A stretch of DNA of 63,726 nucleotides, the filler included, from Diploschistes diacapsis (taxonomy: Eukaryota), in the NCBI GenBank assembly GCA_023645945.1. It is 16 parts of 16 records of this genome, joined end to end, with 100 filler letters (N's around TTAATTAATTAA, not from the genome) between each part and the next. Parts side by side here need not be neighbours in the genome. Positions count along the whole stretch, not along the records: positions 1 to 21,280 come from JALAIB010000313.1; 15 more parts are not named here. One strand, given 5' to 3'. Position 1 is the stretch's first letter. Every line of letters starts with the position of its first letter. The position numbers were made by a program, and so were the translations under genes. This document shows, piece by piece, positions 1 through 11,804 of this stretch. The notes under the pieces were generated by a model. That model had not been told where the DNA came from. It did not search any database and saw only the letters and a list, made by a program, of their open reading frames with translations.

Positions 1-170
1 GGGCTAGACGGGGGTCGGAGAAGGTTTGGGGGGATTGAGAGGGAGATCACGGTCAGTTTAGAGAGTGCGGGGAGGGCGAGGTTCGCGGATGTGCTGAGGA
101 ATGGGAAGGAGAGGTTGCTGCATCGTACGTGCGGGGGGGCAGTGTTTCAACTTCTTCCTAATAGCGCCTT

Positions 171-312
171 GTAAGTATCTTTTTATGGATCGTGGCACCA
201 ACTGACCAGCATCCTCCAACGTACTTGTTCTTCCCCGAAACGACAGGAAGGCACCTCGAGCAAGTCGACCAGATATTCCGTGCGAATCAACTTCGGATGT
301 GCGTTGGATAAA
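171..312 (+). pseudogene. C-terminal fragment or relic of an MFS sugar transporter
   Basis: After a short GTAAGT...CTGACCAG intron-like segment (171-209), the frame reads TYLFFPETTGRHLEQVDQIFR, matching the sugar-porter C-terminal 'YFFFPET.G..LE..D..F' motif. The upstream exon is not clearly transporter-like. Confidence 0.5.
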
Positions 313-1064
313 TTAGCCCCGTGGGATTGAATATCCGCTGCTGGAGTCTTTCCAGCTTCTGGGGGCTATTGACATAGATTCTGATTCGATTAGCCAATCG
401 CAACCTCGAAGCAAAGCTTGGAAAGTCAAAGATCGTGTAGGATATGTACAAGATAGTTAGATAGTAGCGTATGCGAGAGACAAAGCGCAGAACACCACCC
501 GTTCCATCCTAGCATAGTAGCAAAAATTCGTAAACGGAGCAAAACAACGGTGACAAGAAGCTCAAGTTCAAGACGGCATTTCAAGGTTGAGCATAAAAAA
601 TATAGAGGCGAAGCCGTAGATGCCGGAACGAATGGCAGAATTTGTGGACATGGAGGGCGGTTATTCAAGAGCAGCAGGGGGCATTGCATCAAGACCTCGT
701 TCGACCCATCTTGATTCCTTCCAGATGTAATCATCAAAACAAAAATTAGGTGTTTAATTAGGCGAGGTTTTACATATAGTGTCTCATTACAATCTAATAA
801 TTGTTTCAGAGTCTAGTATATAAGATCGTATCTCGATAACTGAAGCTCCTCAGCTCTCTAGAAACTTCGCCGTTTCTCCATGTTCCTCACGACGGCTCAG
901 CCTCGTCCCATTAGATATGTCCTTTTTCTATTATTCTGGAGCCAAAGCTTTGCAGCTATACAGCTCCCTTAAATGATCGAGCCACGCATTCTATCGAAAT
1001 CGTCCCGAGGCACAATAGTCAGTGGATGATGCCTTCCAAGCACAAACTCCTGTCGCAGAGTTTG

Positions 1065-2950
1065 TTAGTAGATTAGTGTGGCTTCTTGGATGCGATCCCG
1101 TTGTTGAAAATTGAAAGTAAGATTGCGTGTAAGGGAAATACTATCCGGATGATCGAGACCTCGCGACGTGACCGATGTGTCCAAAGCCGACAGTAGATAA
1201 AACTTGGACACTTCATATTTGCCTTGTAAACAATGCTTAGGCTTTCTTGCGCCTTTAACGTGATGTGGAGGCGCCGGTCCTTGACAGAATATGTCGGTCT
1301 TGAAGATATGCTCGAAAATAGTCTCTGCCCCATCATGTTTCAGGTGGCTAGCTAACGCCCATTGCGTAAAATCCGAGGGTTTCAATGTATGGGAATTTTG
1401 AGGGCTCAATCTATTTTTCTTTATGGCCAAAGCTTTGCTGGAAGCACTCGACCGCAGTATTATGCTACGACTGATCAGCGTAAAGTGTGCCAAAACTATG
1501 AAGCGATAAAGCAAGCCCAAGTTCAGAAAAGGGGAGAACTTCCTGTCTTTCCGAAGCCACAAAAGAGGTCAGCTTCTGAGGTTCCGGGTACCTTGTTTGA
1601 CTTGCCCACGTAACGGCAAGGCTGCTCTTAGAGAATAGGGATCCACGACTTCTTCAAGCATAGTGGCTGCGGTATGGATTGCTCCGCCATTGAAATAAGC
1701 ATTGACCAGGTCGCCCAGTACATAAAGAGTAAAGGCGTACTCGGGTCCATAGACCTGCGTTTCCGTTCGAACGCGGATTCCAGCCGCATTTCGGCTTTTC
1801 TAAAATCACCCTCCTGGCCGTATGCTACCCCTAGTTGGTTGTGCACCTGCAATGACCGAGGCAGCTCTTGAAAGGTGCTGTAGTTGCTTAGAGTATCCTC
1901 AAGCAGAGCTATAGCTTTTCTGTCGGACCCATGATTGCTGAAAAGGCTGGCAGCAAGGCCTGCGGACTCGAAGACAGTCTCAGCTAGAAGATTGCGGTAT
2001 TGCGGAGAACTCTCGAGAAATGGAAGACTGGCATAGAGATGGCAGACTATTCCTTCCTCCTCCTGCCAAGTATCTTCAGACTTTAAGAGCGAGAAGAGAA
2101 GATCAAATTTTTCCTTTGACACAGCGTAGCCTTCGAGACTGTTACCCGTGGCCTCTAGACACGCGTGCGCGGAGGGAAGAAGCCTGCAATAAGAGCTGCT
2201 TCAAGGAGAGCCCAACAAGGTGCTGGGCCTCACATTCTTGAAGAAACTCCTTAAACATGAACGGACTTCACAAATTGTCTCTGGCAAATGCCGAAAACCG
2301 CCAAACACCCTCGAAATTACGAAAAATCTCACGGAAACGTATTTCGAATCCAGATGGGTGCAGATGACGAAAAAAAGTAGTTTTTCTGCAGCGTAACGCT
2401 GTTCCAAACTTCAGCTGCGTCAATGAGTATGGCTGCCACGGGCCAGCTCTCCCGTGCCCAGATGTCAAAGAGAAATCTTCTCCATCCATATTCTGAGGGG
2501 CTTGCATAGCCTGCATCCAGCAACAGCGGGTTTTGGAGGCGTGGACAGCATTATTCGGGTATTTAATCTAGAAATAGCCCAGGAGCAGATATCGTCCTCA
2601 GCATTTTTCCAGCTATGCCCATCCCCAAGAGCTGCGAAAGAGAAGTTTCGGAAACGGAAGACAAGATTTTGGCAAAGTCTTCGAACTATACAAGATGATG
2701 GAAGCCAAGGTCTACCTTTTCGTTGAGAAGAATAACAAATACTATTCATTTAATTCGAAGAAGACCCCTCAAATTCGATAGAATCCACTAACTGGGCGCC
2801 GTGTCAAGACCGTCAATGCTGCCGCTGTGCTGATATATTTAGATTCAGGATGGAATAAGCCTAGTTCGGTTCAGACCGGCTGACTGTTCTAAACAACATC
2901 GTCAAGTACAAAACAACATTCTAAGAAGGATCGTTCCCGCTACATAGACG
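1065..2950 (-). pseudogene. Heavily degraded NLR-like (NB-ARC + KLC-type TPR) relic
   Basis: Fragments in several frames: Walker-B-like CFVLDDV (~2895-2920); TPR-like 'HNQLGVAYGQEGDFRKAEMRLESAFERKRR' (ORF 1628-2122); 'LQGKYEVSKFYLLSALDTSVTSRGLDHPDSISLTRNL' (ORF 1065-1562). Many stops and frameshifts. Confidence 0.6.
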
Positions 2951-3831
2951 AGTCCTGGTTGTTCCCAGCCACCTGTTATACCTTAATTCTCCGAATCATC
3001 GAAGGGGATGCTCCCATTCAGGCGCTCGTTCACGATCAATGAAGCTTGAGGAAGATACCCTTGAGATTGGGGGGCACAGGAAGACGCCGTCTAGGTGCAA
3101 GAGGAAATCGAAAGCGGACACCAAAGTACGATGCAAATATTTCAAGCCGGAAGTGGGAAAAAAGCCAAAAGTAAAGAAGCCTGTAGCGGAAAAGAAGGAG
3201 TCTGGTGCAGAGCCTGAAGTAAAGAAGGCTAAGTCGCAGAAACAGTTCCTCACTCTGATAGAAGTCGACGTCCTCGTTGAAGAAGACAAGAGTTTTTTGG
3301 GGCACCTCGCTAATAGGAAGGATATTTGCAGTGATGATGAGAGTCTCTGACCTAAGACTAAGCTCCTTTGCGTTAGCCTTTAGCGCTAAGCCCCTTCAGG
3401 TCAGCGACTGACAATTATTAAATATAAGAAAGATCTTGAATATCGCGTGGCTTTTTTGAAGCATGTATATCGGACATATTTTGTAGGGGGCATAATGAGG
3501 CCCTTCAAAAACTCCGTAAAAGATCGAAAAGGTGCTAAGGAATATGCAATCTAGAGAAATGGTAGATAAGGGTAATGGCAGCGGTAGGCTGTAGCGGCAG
3601 CAGGGTGGGGATAAGCTTTCGAGCTCAGACTTACGCGCGCTAGTAGGATGTGGTCGATGATCGAAACGGGATGATTAGCTGTCTTAGGAGTAGGCCAGGT
3701 TGCTAAAGCCTGGAGTGAGGGATTTTCCGGAGTGGTGGCAGCAGTGGGTCTGCCAGCATATATAATACATTTCCTCTCCCTACATTCTACCTACTCGATC
3801 TATTATACCCATCGTGAGAGAGCCTGCGAAG

Positions 3832-5583
3832 ATGCACCTGCTCGGGGCCTTTCTTGTGCTTCTTGCAACCAGTACTGGGTACTATATCTATTCCTTTACG
3901 ACTTGCTATGCCGCTGCACGCAAAATCGGACTACCAATCCTCCTCACGCCCGTCACAACTAAGAACATCTTGTGGTTACTCTTTGGCCCACCATTGCATC
4001 CACTCCTGCAACAGATCCTACCGCAATGGCTCTTTCTCAGAATCGAAATGTCTCTACGCGGCCGGGAATCCCGCCTGGGCAACAAGGCGCGTAGCATGGT
4101 CGGACAGAGCTTCTTGCTAGTTGGTCCTGGCACCCTCGAGCTCTGGACGACCGATGCGGAGATGATAAAGACAATAACCGGGCACGGGACGTTCAGAAAC
4201 TATCCACAGTCCAAGATTTTGCAGGTAGTCAGCGGCATATTTGGACCAACCGTTGTCGGCTCCAACGGCGAGGATTGGCAGCGGCAGCGCAGGATCATTG
4301 CACCCACTATTAACGAGCGCATCAGCGCAACAGTGTGGAAAGAGAGCATCGAGCAGGCATGGGGGATGCTGGACCACTTTGCTGCGAGTTCAGGAGAGGT
4401 TGGATCTGCGGGTGTCACTGACAGATCGCTCGAGGGCCTCCGTCGCATCGCCATCAATGTCCTTAGCGCTTCTGCGTATGGAACGCCCCGAGGCTGGAGT
4501 GAGGAGAACGAGCAAGCCCCTGCAGGCTACAAGCTCGGCTTTATCAACTCCCTCCAAGCAATCAGCGCAAATTTCGCCGCTGCGATTTTTCTTCCGCCAA
4601 TCTTATTCAACCTTCCCTTCCTCTCATCTGATACCCGTAAAGTTGGCATCGCAATGGAGGAGTTTCCCCGCTACGTGACGGGGATGTTGGAGCGAGAACG
4701 CGCTAGCGCAGACACAGACCACCACAGCATCACCAGCGCCATGATCAAAGCCTCCGACAACTACAAGCAGGACGCTCCCTCTCATGGAGACTCCAGATTG
4801 CACCTCTCCGACCCCGAGCTCCGTGGAAACCTTTTCCTCTTCACAATCGCCGGCTACGACACCACCGCCAACACCATGGGGTACGCGCTGACATTCCTTG
4901 CCATTCATCCCGACGTGCAAGCCTGGGTTGTCGAAGAAATCGATCGGGTCTGCGCCTCTCTTCCCACTGCACAAACCCCAAACCAAGCTACCAGCATGCC
5001 CGCTTACGAGACAGCTTTCCCCCGCCTCAAGCGCTGCCTAGCCCTTATGCTTGAAACTCTCCGCCTGCACCCGCCCACCGCGAGTCTTGCTCGCACTACC
5101 GCTTCCCCACAGACAATCACAACCTCCTCTGGCACCACACACCCGCTGCCCAGTGGTCTAGACGTTTTCGTCTTCCAGGCCGGCGCGCATATCGATCCAG
5201 ACTACTGGGCGCCAGACCCGCTCGTATTCAGGCCCTCGCGGTGGATCCTACCCACGACCAACTCTTCTACCTCACCATCGGAGAAACTGGAAGAGGAAAC
5301 CCTCTTCGAACCAGCCAAAGGCACGTATCTCCCGTGGTCTTTCGGCCCGCGGCACTGTCCAGGAATGAAAATGGCGCAGGTGGAATTTGTCAGCGTATTC
5401 GCAACGCTCCTGCGTCACGTGAGGGTGGAGGCGGTGGTGTTGCCTGGGGAGAAAGGGGTGGAGGAGGCGAGGAGGAGGCTGGAAGGAGTGGTGGCGGACA
5501 GTGGGCCGGTGATTACGGTGCAGATACGGAGGCCGAGGGATGTGGTGCTGAGGTGGGTGAGGAGAGAAGGGGGAAAGAGCTGA
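3832..5583 (+). CDS. Cytochrome P450 monooxygenase, intronless
   Basis: ATG at 3832, N-terminal hydrophobic anchor, I-helix AGYDTT, K-helix ETLR, PSRW (PERF), heme motif WSFGPRHCPG. Confidence 0.95.
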   Translation: MHLLGAFLVLLATSTGYYIYSFTTCYAAARKIGLPILLTPVTTKNILWLLFGPPLHPLLQQILPQWLFLRIEMSLRGRESRLGNKARSMVGQSFLLVGPGTLELWTTDAEMIKTITGHGTFRNYPQSKILQVVSGIFGPTVVGSNGEDWQRQRRIIAPTINERISATVWKESIEQAWGMLDHFAASSGEVGSAGVTDRSLEGLRRIAINVLSASAYGTPRGWSEENEQAPAGYKLGFINSLQAISANFAAAIFLPPILFNLPFLSSDTRKVGIAMEEFPRYVTGMLERERASADTDHHSITSAMIKASDNYKQDAPSHGDSRLHLSDPELRGNLFLFTIAGYDTTANTMGYALTFLAIHPDVQAWVVEEIDRVCASLPTAQTPNQATSMPAYETAFPRLKRCLALMLETLRLHPPTASLARTTASPQTITTSSGTTHPLPSGLDVFVFQAGAHIDPDYWAPDPLVFRPSRWILPTTNSSTSPSEKLEEETLFEPAKGTYLPWSFGPRHCPGMKMAQVEFVSVFATLLRHVRVEAVVLPGEKGVEEARRRLEGVVADSGPVITVQIRRPRDVVLRWVRREGGKS

Positions 5584-5618
5584 GTAAGGGGTGCGTGATA
5601 GTTTTTGGATACATTAAC

Positions 5619-5650
5619 GTATATGTATATATATATATATATGTGTGTGT
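5619..5650. repeat. (TA)n/(TG)n microsatellite
   Basis: gtatatgtatatatatatatatatgtgtgtgt just downstream of the P450 stop. Confidence 0.8.
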
Positions 5651-5829
5651 AAAGAAGAACTCTCTCTCCTGTAAACTTCATCTTTTCCAAAGTAGGCGGG
5701 GATCTTGCCAGCTTCACATGGTGTTAAGGGACACCGGCTTTGAAGGCGTATGTGGACAGTACAAGGAATAGGCGGAAACCATTCGGGCTAGTACAGAACG
5801 GTGGTTCTGGCTGAAGGGGAGATTTCTAC

Positions 5830-6615
5830 CATCTATTGCTACCGCCACGAAGAATCAAGAACAAGCCTTACGACTTCCTTCTCTGCGCGACACAACATGA
5901 TTTCAACCGAGTACGAGCAGCTGTCGTCCGAGGCACTCGAGGCCGCACGTATCTGCGCGAACAAAGTATATGCCAACGCTCCTGACTGCCGGGGGAAAAG
6001 GGCATCTTGTCAAGATTGCCGGAAAAGAAAGGGTTCCACCTGCGCGTGTGTGTCCGCGCTCGCTCTTACCGCATTGTCCGCATCAGTCCCGCTCGATCTC
6101 CGCTGCATGTACGCTCTTTATTTTCCCTGCGTATACGGCTCTGTCTCCCTTGCATATACCTCGGGCCTGCACGCTAACTTCCATCAGACAAGGTGTCGTC
6201 CTGCGCAGGCGCTTGATAGGTCGCAAACTGGCATGGCGTGCGGGCTCATGGGAAGCCCAACCGGACCGTTGCCCGCGTCGAACATTGGCCGGATTTTTGC
6301 TGGCTATTCGGACGCGTAACTAAAAACGTAAGTCGTTCCTGGCGCTCATCTTTTGATGTATTATCATAGTTATATATCGGTGCGTTGCTTGAGACCGCGC
6401 CACCGCTATCGAAGTTCTCTCCTCGCTCCATGTGCAAATCCCCCCCGGCCCGTCAAAAGATTATCGTGTTCGGAAAACTGGGGATTTACTCCCGCTCCTT
6501 CGCGATGGAATATCTCGAGAAGCGTGGCGCTGGCAGAGTCAGGATGGACGTTGCGTACGTACAAGTATCTGAGGAATAGGGGGCCGATTGAAAGGAATGC
6601 GGGCATGTTCCCGAG
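5830..6615 (+). pseudogene. RPL10: 60S ribosomal protein L10 (uL16) pseudogene
   Basis: Motifs in shifting frames: CYR..KNKPY, ISTEYEQLSSEALEAARICANK, DRSQTGM, RQKIIV, NWGFT, EYLEKRGAGRVRMDVAYVQ, YLRNRGPIERN. Many indels; intron relics (GCTAAC...CAG at ~6173-6187, GTAAGT at ~6328). Confidence 0.9.
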
Positions 6616-6840
6616 GCCGAGGCATGGGCTTTGTGGTACAGGGAAATTATTAAAAGAAGAACTCGATGGTAGCTTTGCCCATCAATGTCGGGAATACCGT
6701 TCGAGATATGCATCATTTCATTTCTCATTCGTGACTCATCACGTCTCATGGTGTGGTTAGGTACCTACCAAGCTTCACATCACCTCCCAAGAACATTTTC
6801 CATCACCCTGCAGCAGAGCCGAACACGCCCATCCAACCAA

Positions 6841-7365
6841 TCACTGATACCCCGGCCCATTATGACAAACAACTTCAAAATTAATCCCACACAACGGATC
6901 GCGCACAAACGCTCCATAGTACCCCGGATGATACTGCGGCCTCTCGCCCGGCGCCCCTTCTTCCTTCCCGCCCGCCTTGATCGCAGCTTCGTGGAACTGC
7001 CTGACCTGCTCGTTATCTGCAACCGTCACCATTACCAATAGTCAGCCATGCTACGTCTGTTCCCCCAAAGGCGAATGGGGGGGTCAAGGGGCCGATGGAA
7101 ATGAGAGCTGAGTAGGGAACTGACTCTCAGCCGTAAACGCAATATGATTCTTGCTGGCGAACAGATCCAGCGTCGCGTCGTCGACGCCCTCGCGGTTCAG
7201 CCCGTTGATCCAGAGAAAGGCGGAGGAGTCGCCCAGGCCGGCCACGAGGGGGATGGGCCGTCTGAATTCTCGGAAGCCCATGTGTGCGAGCGAGGTCAGG
7301 AGGAAGGAGATCACGCCCTCGTATTTGGAGGGGGGGACGGAAAGGAAGAAGTGGTCGAGGGGCAT
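6841..7365 (-). CDS. Glyoxalase/bleomycin-resistance (VOC) family protein, 2 exons
   Basis: Exon 1 (7365-7125) MPLDHFFLSV...HIAFTAE; intron 7124-7017 (GTCAGT...GCAG); exon 2 VRQFHEAAIKAGGKEEGAPGERPQYHPGYYGAFVRDP.CGINFEVV, the typical VOC C-terminal motif. Confidence 0.9.
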
Positions 7366-8539
7366 TGTGGGTTTGCTTGGTAGAGTCTTGCAAGTGAACT
7401 GGGGGGTTTGTTCGTGAAGCGATTGTTGTAGAGTGTGTGATGGGCTTCGAGTGCTCACTGCGCTTCGCAAAGAGGTTGATGCCTCTGCTTTTATGTTGTG
7501 AGTTGGAGCCGGACTTCGCGCTCTGCCTTCCGAGACTGGGGACTCGAGATCGCTCTTCGGAACGCGAGCATTCACGAGGAACATGGGTGCATATCATTCA
7601 ACAGGAGTCTTCGCGTCGCGATAGTAGGATTCCAAGCGCAACTGTGAATAGATCATGTTTGCTGTTGTAAACTAAGCTGTGTTTCAGGAGACAAGCTCAT
7701 AGCCTGTTGTGCGCAGGGTACGAGTTGATAGCAGAGGCAACGCGCACCGGGTTAGGGATTGCATTGTCTATCTAGAGATGTTGAGATGCTAGATTGTTTC
7801 TTTTACTAATCAGCCCTATGGCGCTTAACCATTTGACTCGTCATTGACTCGTCAACTACTTACTTGTCAATTACCGAATACTAACCAGTTCTGCCTGCTG
7901 TTTACAACATTTGCCTTCGTGAACAAGCGTCCAAGGTCACATTTGCTTGGTGAAGGATCTCGACTCGACAAACCATCATCTAGAAGATAGAAATGCTTAT
8001 TAATATCACAGCTTTAATACGTTGATACCAACCTGCTTCGTATCTACGCCCATACTGGTTGCTTATCGCTCTGTACCTGCTGCAGCAAGCAACTTCGCAC
8101 AATATTGCTATACCGATCGGTACTCTCAACCGCCTAGTGCTAGAGGCACACACGGCCCAAAACATCATCCAATAACAGGCAAGTTGGCGGGCTAACTTTT
8201 AGTTGGTGATGGTGGCGCTTGTATGCCATGCAAAGTTGCGATCTCTGGATGAGCAGAGGTGTATGAAAAAATTAATGTTTTTGTGTCAAGGCACTATACG
8301 TCTATTGCTTCGGCAAATAGTTGGATACATCTTGATATCGGCTTCATCGACGAATATGCATGAATAATTATTATCCTCTGTTCTGCTTCTGTCTGCTTTC
8401 ATCCTGTCTAGAACCATCTATCAAAACTAGGTCAATTTGAAAGCACTGACATTATCAAACAAGTTGGGCTTTAGACTGTCTTGTATAAATTGCTGCGGTT
8501 CTCAAAGGAGGTGGGCGGGGATGGAGGTAAATATATGTT

Positions 8540-11161
8540 TTACTCTGCATTAAAATTTGTTCTACGTTCCTTTGGCTTTTGGCTTTCAAGCGCCCATCTA
8601 AGACTGTCCTTGCTAATCAGCGTATGCGGATGCTCTGGCCCTAGCACCTTTTCATACCCTTCGAGCGCTCGTCGGTGCATCGCCTCGGCCTCTTTGTACT
8701 TGCCCCGCCTCCTCAACACCAGTTCGAGATTGTTAACACTCATCAACGTCGACGGATGTTCTGGACCTAGCACCTTCTCTGATCCTAATAAATCTCGTCG
8801 GTGCATCGCTTCGGCCTCTTCGTACTTGCCCTGGCTCTCCAACACCGACCCGAGATTGTTCGCACTGATCAGCGTCGACGGATGCTCTGGACCCAGCACC
8901 TTCTCTGATCCTAATAAATCTCGTCGGTACATCGCTTCGGCCTTCTCGTATTTACCCTGGCTCTCCAACACCGATCCTAGATTATTTGCGCTGGTCAAAG
9001 TATCCGGATGTTCTGGACCCAGCACCTTCTCCCTAGCTTCGAGCGCTCGCCGGTACATCGCCTCGGCCTCTTCGTATTTTCCGTCAAGATTCAAGTACCA
9101 GCCAACGTGATTGGCCAGGACTGCTAGATCTGATTTGATATCTTCAATTGGGGTGGAGGTCAAAACTCTTCGTGCATGAGGTAGGAGTTTTTGACAGAGT
9201 ATCCAAGTTTCGTATTCTCCATCTGGAAAAGCCTTTGTTAATGTCAGAAGTGAGTTCTGTTCCCACTTTGCGAGCTGTTTCTCCACTTTTAGCCACTCAA
9301 GCATTGACAGCTGCACCAAACGATGCATTTCGAATGCTTGTCGGCCCATATCAGTTGTCACAAGAGAGAAGTCGAGCAGTGGCGCCACATCATCTTCAAA
9401 CTTCAATAGATCCTTGCCACTATACAACAAATCTTCTGGAATACTCTGTCTGTCGAACATGCTTATAAACGCGAGCAAGTCAGCAGCCTCGGGTGTGACT
9501 TCCTTGATTTGCTGGAACGAAATTTGCCATGTTTTAATAACTGCATACCTTATGCTTGGGTCTCGCCGGAGATCTTTTATATCGACGTTATTCAGAAGAT
9601 GTGTTTGATTATCTTCACTTCTGTGGAAGAGCTCTAAGTAGCTGGAGATTGTGATTCTCGGCGATTGTACGGAAATATACGCACCCGCGTGAGTGATTGC
9701 TAAGGGAAGATACTCTAGGGCTTTGACGAGATCTCTAGCATCCGCTTCCGATGGCGGTTTGATGGCGATTCTTGACTTAAGTAGAGCTAGCGAGTCATTC
9801 TCGTCCATAGTCTCCACCTGAAGGATATTCTGGACCTCGACCAAGTTTGCTGCCGCAATGGAATACCGCGAAGTTACAAGGACCGTTCCATTTCGAGTCT
9901 GAGGAATCAACGTTTCTAAAGGCGGTTTCCCCTTTTTACTTGCCTGAGAAAAGATGCGGTCGTCATCGACATTATCCAGAATGATGATCCAGTGGTTGTT
10001 GTTTTCGTCGCTGAGCCATTCAAACACTAACCGTAATTGGTCTGCATTGGGATCGTCCCACCCAGGGATACGATCTTTAGATGCAATCTCTCCATACCCT
10101 TGTTCGAATCGACCAACGTTACTGGCATGTATCCAGAATACCGAAATCTGAGGTTCAAAGGCTCTGACTCGATATGCATACTTAATGGCAATCTGAGACT
10201 TGTTAAAAGAGGATTAGAATCATTGATTTTATAAAAAAAATCGAGGCATTCACCCAACGCCACCCAGACCAACCAGAGCCAGCCTAACATAGCTCTCCGA
10301 AATTATGTATCTGCGTCTATCGTCAATTTTCGCCAGAATTTCTTCTCGGCCAACGAACTTGTCGTCTCTGCGGAAAGACATCATAAAAAGCGGCTGGATG
10401 CTGACATCGTTGAAACGAAGAATCGAAAAAACGAAAAATAGAATCTCTTTCGCGCAGACCGCTGCCGTCATTGTTGCGTATAGCTGCCACGCGTCATTCT
10501 TATGGGAGTCTGCGTAATCACTTAAAAAATATTAAAACATAAAAAACTGTTCGTTAAATCTGTTGCTTCCATTTTAAAATAAAGTACGCCGTTAAGTTCT
10601 GCGCTTAAGCTGTCTTTAAAGTCTTTTTAATTATCTTACCTTTGATATATTTTTGGCACGTAGGTCCTTTAATGTGATCGTACGAAGCACGATAAAGATT
10701 GTCTGGACTCGAATAAGGACGCTTAAATTTAAAACTAACGTTCGAGAATTATAATTGTTTTATAATTTTCTCACTAGCATCTCCATTCGCCTGCAGCAAG
10801 GCCGCTGCGGTAAGAAGAGAAGCTGGTGATGTATTATGAAGACCCGTCACTAAGCCGAATATCAATTTCTGAACTAAGGATACCGCCTCCAATGCCAACT
10901 ATGAGACCGATCTGCAGAGAGGGAAATTTGAACTGCATTTGAATAACGGCCACTTGTAGCGGGACCCGTACCGATCTGGCCTTTCGATAAACAGCCTATA
11001 ATTACGTTATATCTGCCAATGCGTTTAAGAACATACTGAACCGTATCGTCATTGCTTTCATATCTTTCGTCAAGCATGGCCGTTGCGGCCTCCAATTCTG
11101 GAGGCAGAGCAGAGATCCAGCCTACGCCAAAGTCTTGTATTTTAGCGTGGCGTCTGTTCAT
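8540..11161 (-). pseudogene. Fungal NLR, PNP_UDP_1 (nucleoside phosphorylase) + NB-ARC + TPR; 5' part disrupted
   Basis: PNP motifs VGWISALPPELEAATAMLDE, GLIVGIGGGI (frameshifted), GVLYFKMEAT (mutated GVLCFEMEAA), DYADSHKN, WQLYATMTAAVCAKEIL. Then FVGRE, P-loop GLGGVG|KSQ split by an intron, Walker B WIIILDNVDD, LVTSR, LPLAI, MHRLVQ, and four 42-aa TPRs. The frame is open from 10202 to 8540. Confidence 0.9.
8579..9082 (-). repeat. Four tandem 126-bp (42-aa) KLC-type TPR coding repeats
   Basis: GKYE(E/K)AEAM(Y/H)RR....EKVLGPEHP.TL.S.NNL..VL..Q four times; the central units are near-identical in DNA. Confidence 0.9.
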
Positions 11162-11804
11162 GGCGATCTTAGCGAGCGGATGTCAGGCAACCGTGAAGGC
11201 GCGACGGCTTCGAATAGAGACAGATCTTGTTCTTCGAAGAATCTTCATGCTGAATGGCAGATTGCGGAAAACATGTGATTTGCATCTCGTTCTAAGACTG
11301 TCCACGATGCGATGGAATACAACTTCAACCAGGTGCGAGAAAGTAGGAGGTGAAAGGTAATTGAGCGCAATCGCCATTCAGCATTGCGAAACGCCCGCTC
11401 TGCATGGCGGCTTCGTATTTACTGCTGATTGGTCTATTGCAGCAGCAGAAGTGACTCGGGCAACTCCATGAAGTGAAAGAAGATCTTTGCTTCTCCCTTG
11501 CCCAACAGCGTTGCACAGCTGCCGAAGTGTTGATAAATAGGTAGCCACAGAAATGAGATCTGAGATGGATACCTAGACAGAGCGTAACATTTTAGCTGAA
11601 TTTGGGATCATAAACTATGCTCCAACGGTCGTTACGGCACTTGACTGCACCGGCAGAGGCAGTGAAAACGTCATGGCTAGAACTTCAGTCAAACCCGGTA
11701 TATCTCATCATTGGGTTATGATATCGTATCGAGGGTCCCCGCCAGTGGAACACTTACGTACAGAGACTGTAATGGCACTACTCCGCACGTAACCTCTACA
11801 AGCG

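Noticed and set aside
3039..3350. 103-aa Lys-rich ORF
   Set aside because: No recognisable domain; lies in a decayed region; cannot be supported as a gene.
3832..7365. P450 + VOC gene as a secondary-metabolite cluster
   Set aside because: No PKS, NRPS, terpene synthase or cluster regulator on the contig.
8481..9110. 209-aa plus-strand ORF with CSGPSTFS repeats
   Set aside because: Antisense shadow of the TPR repeats.
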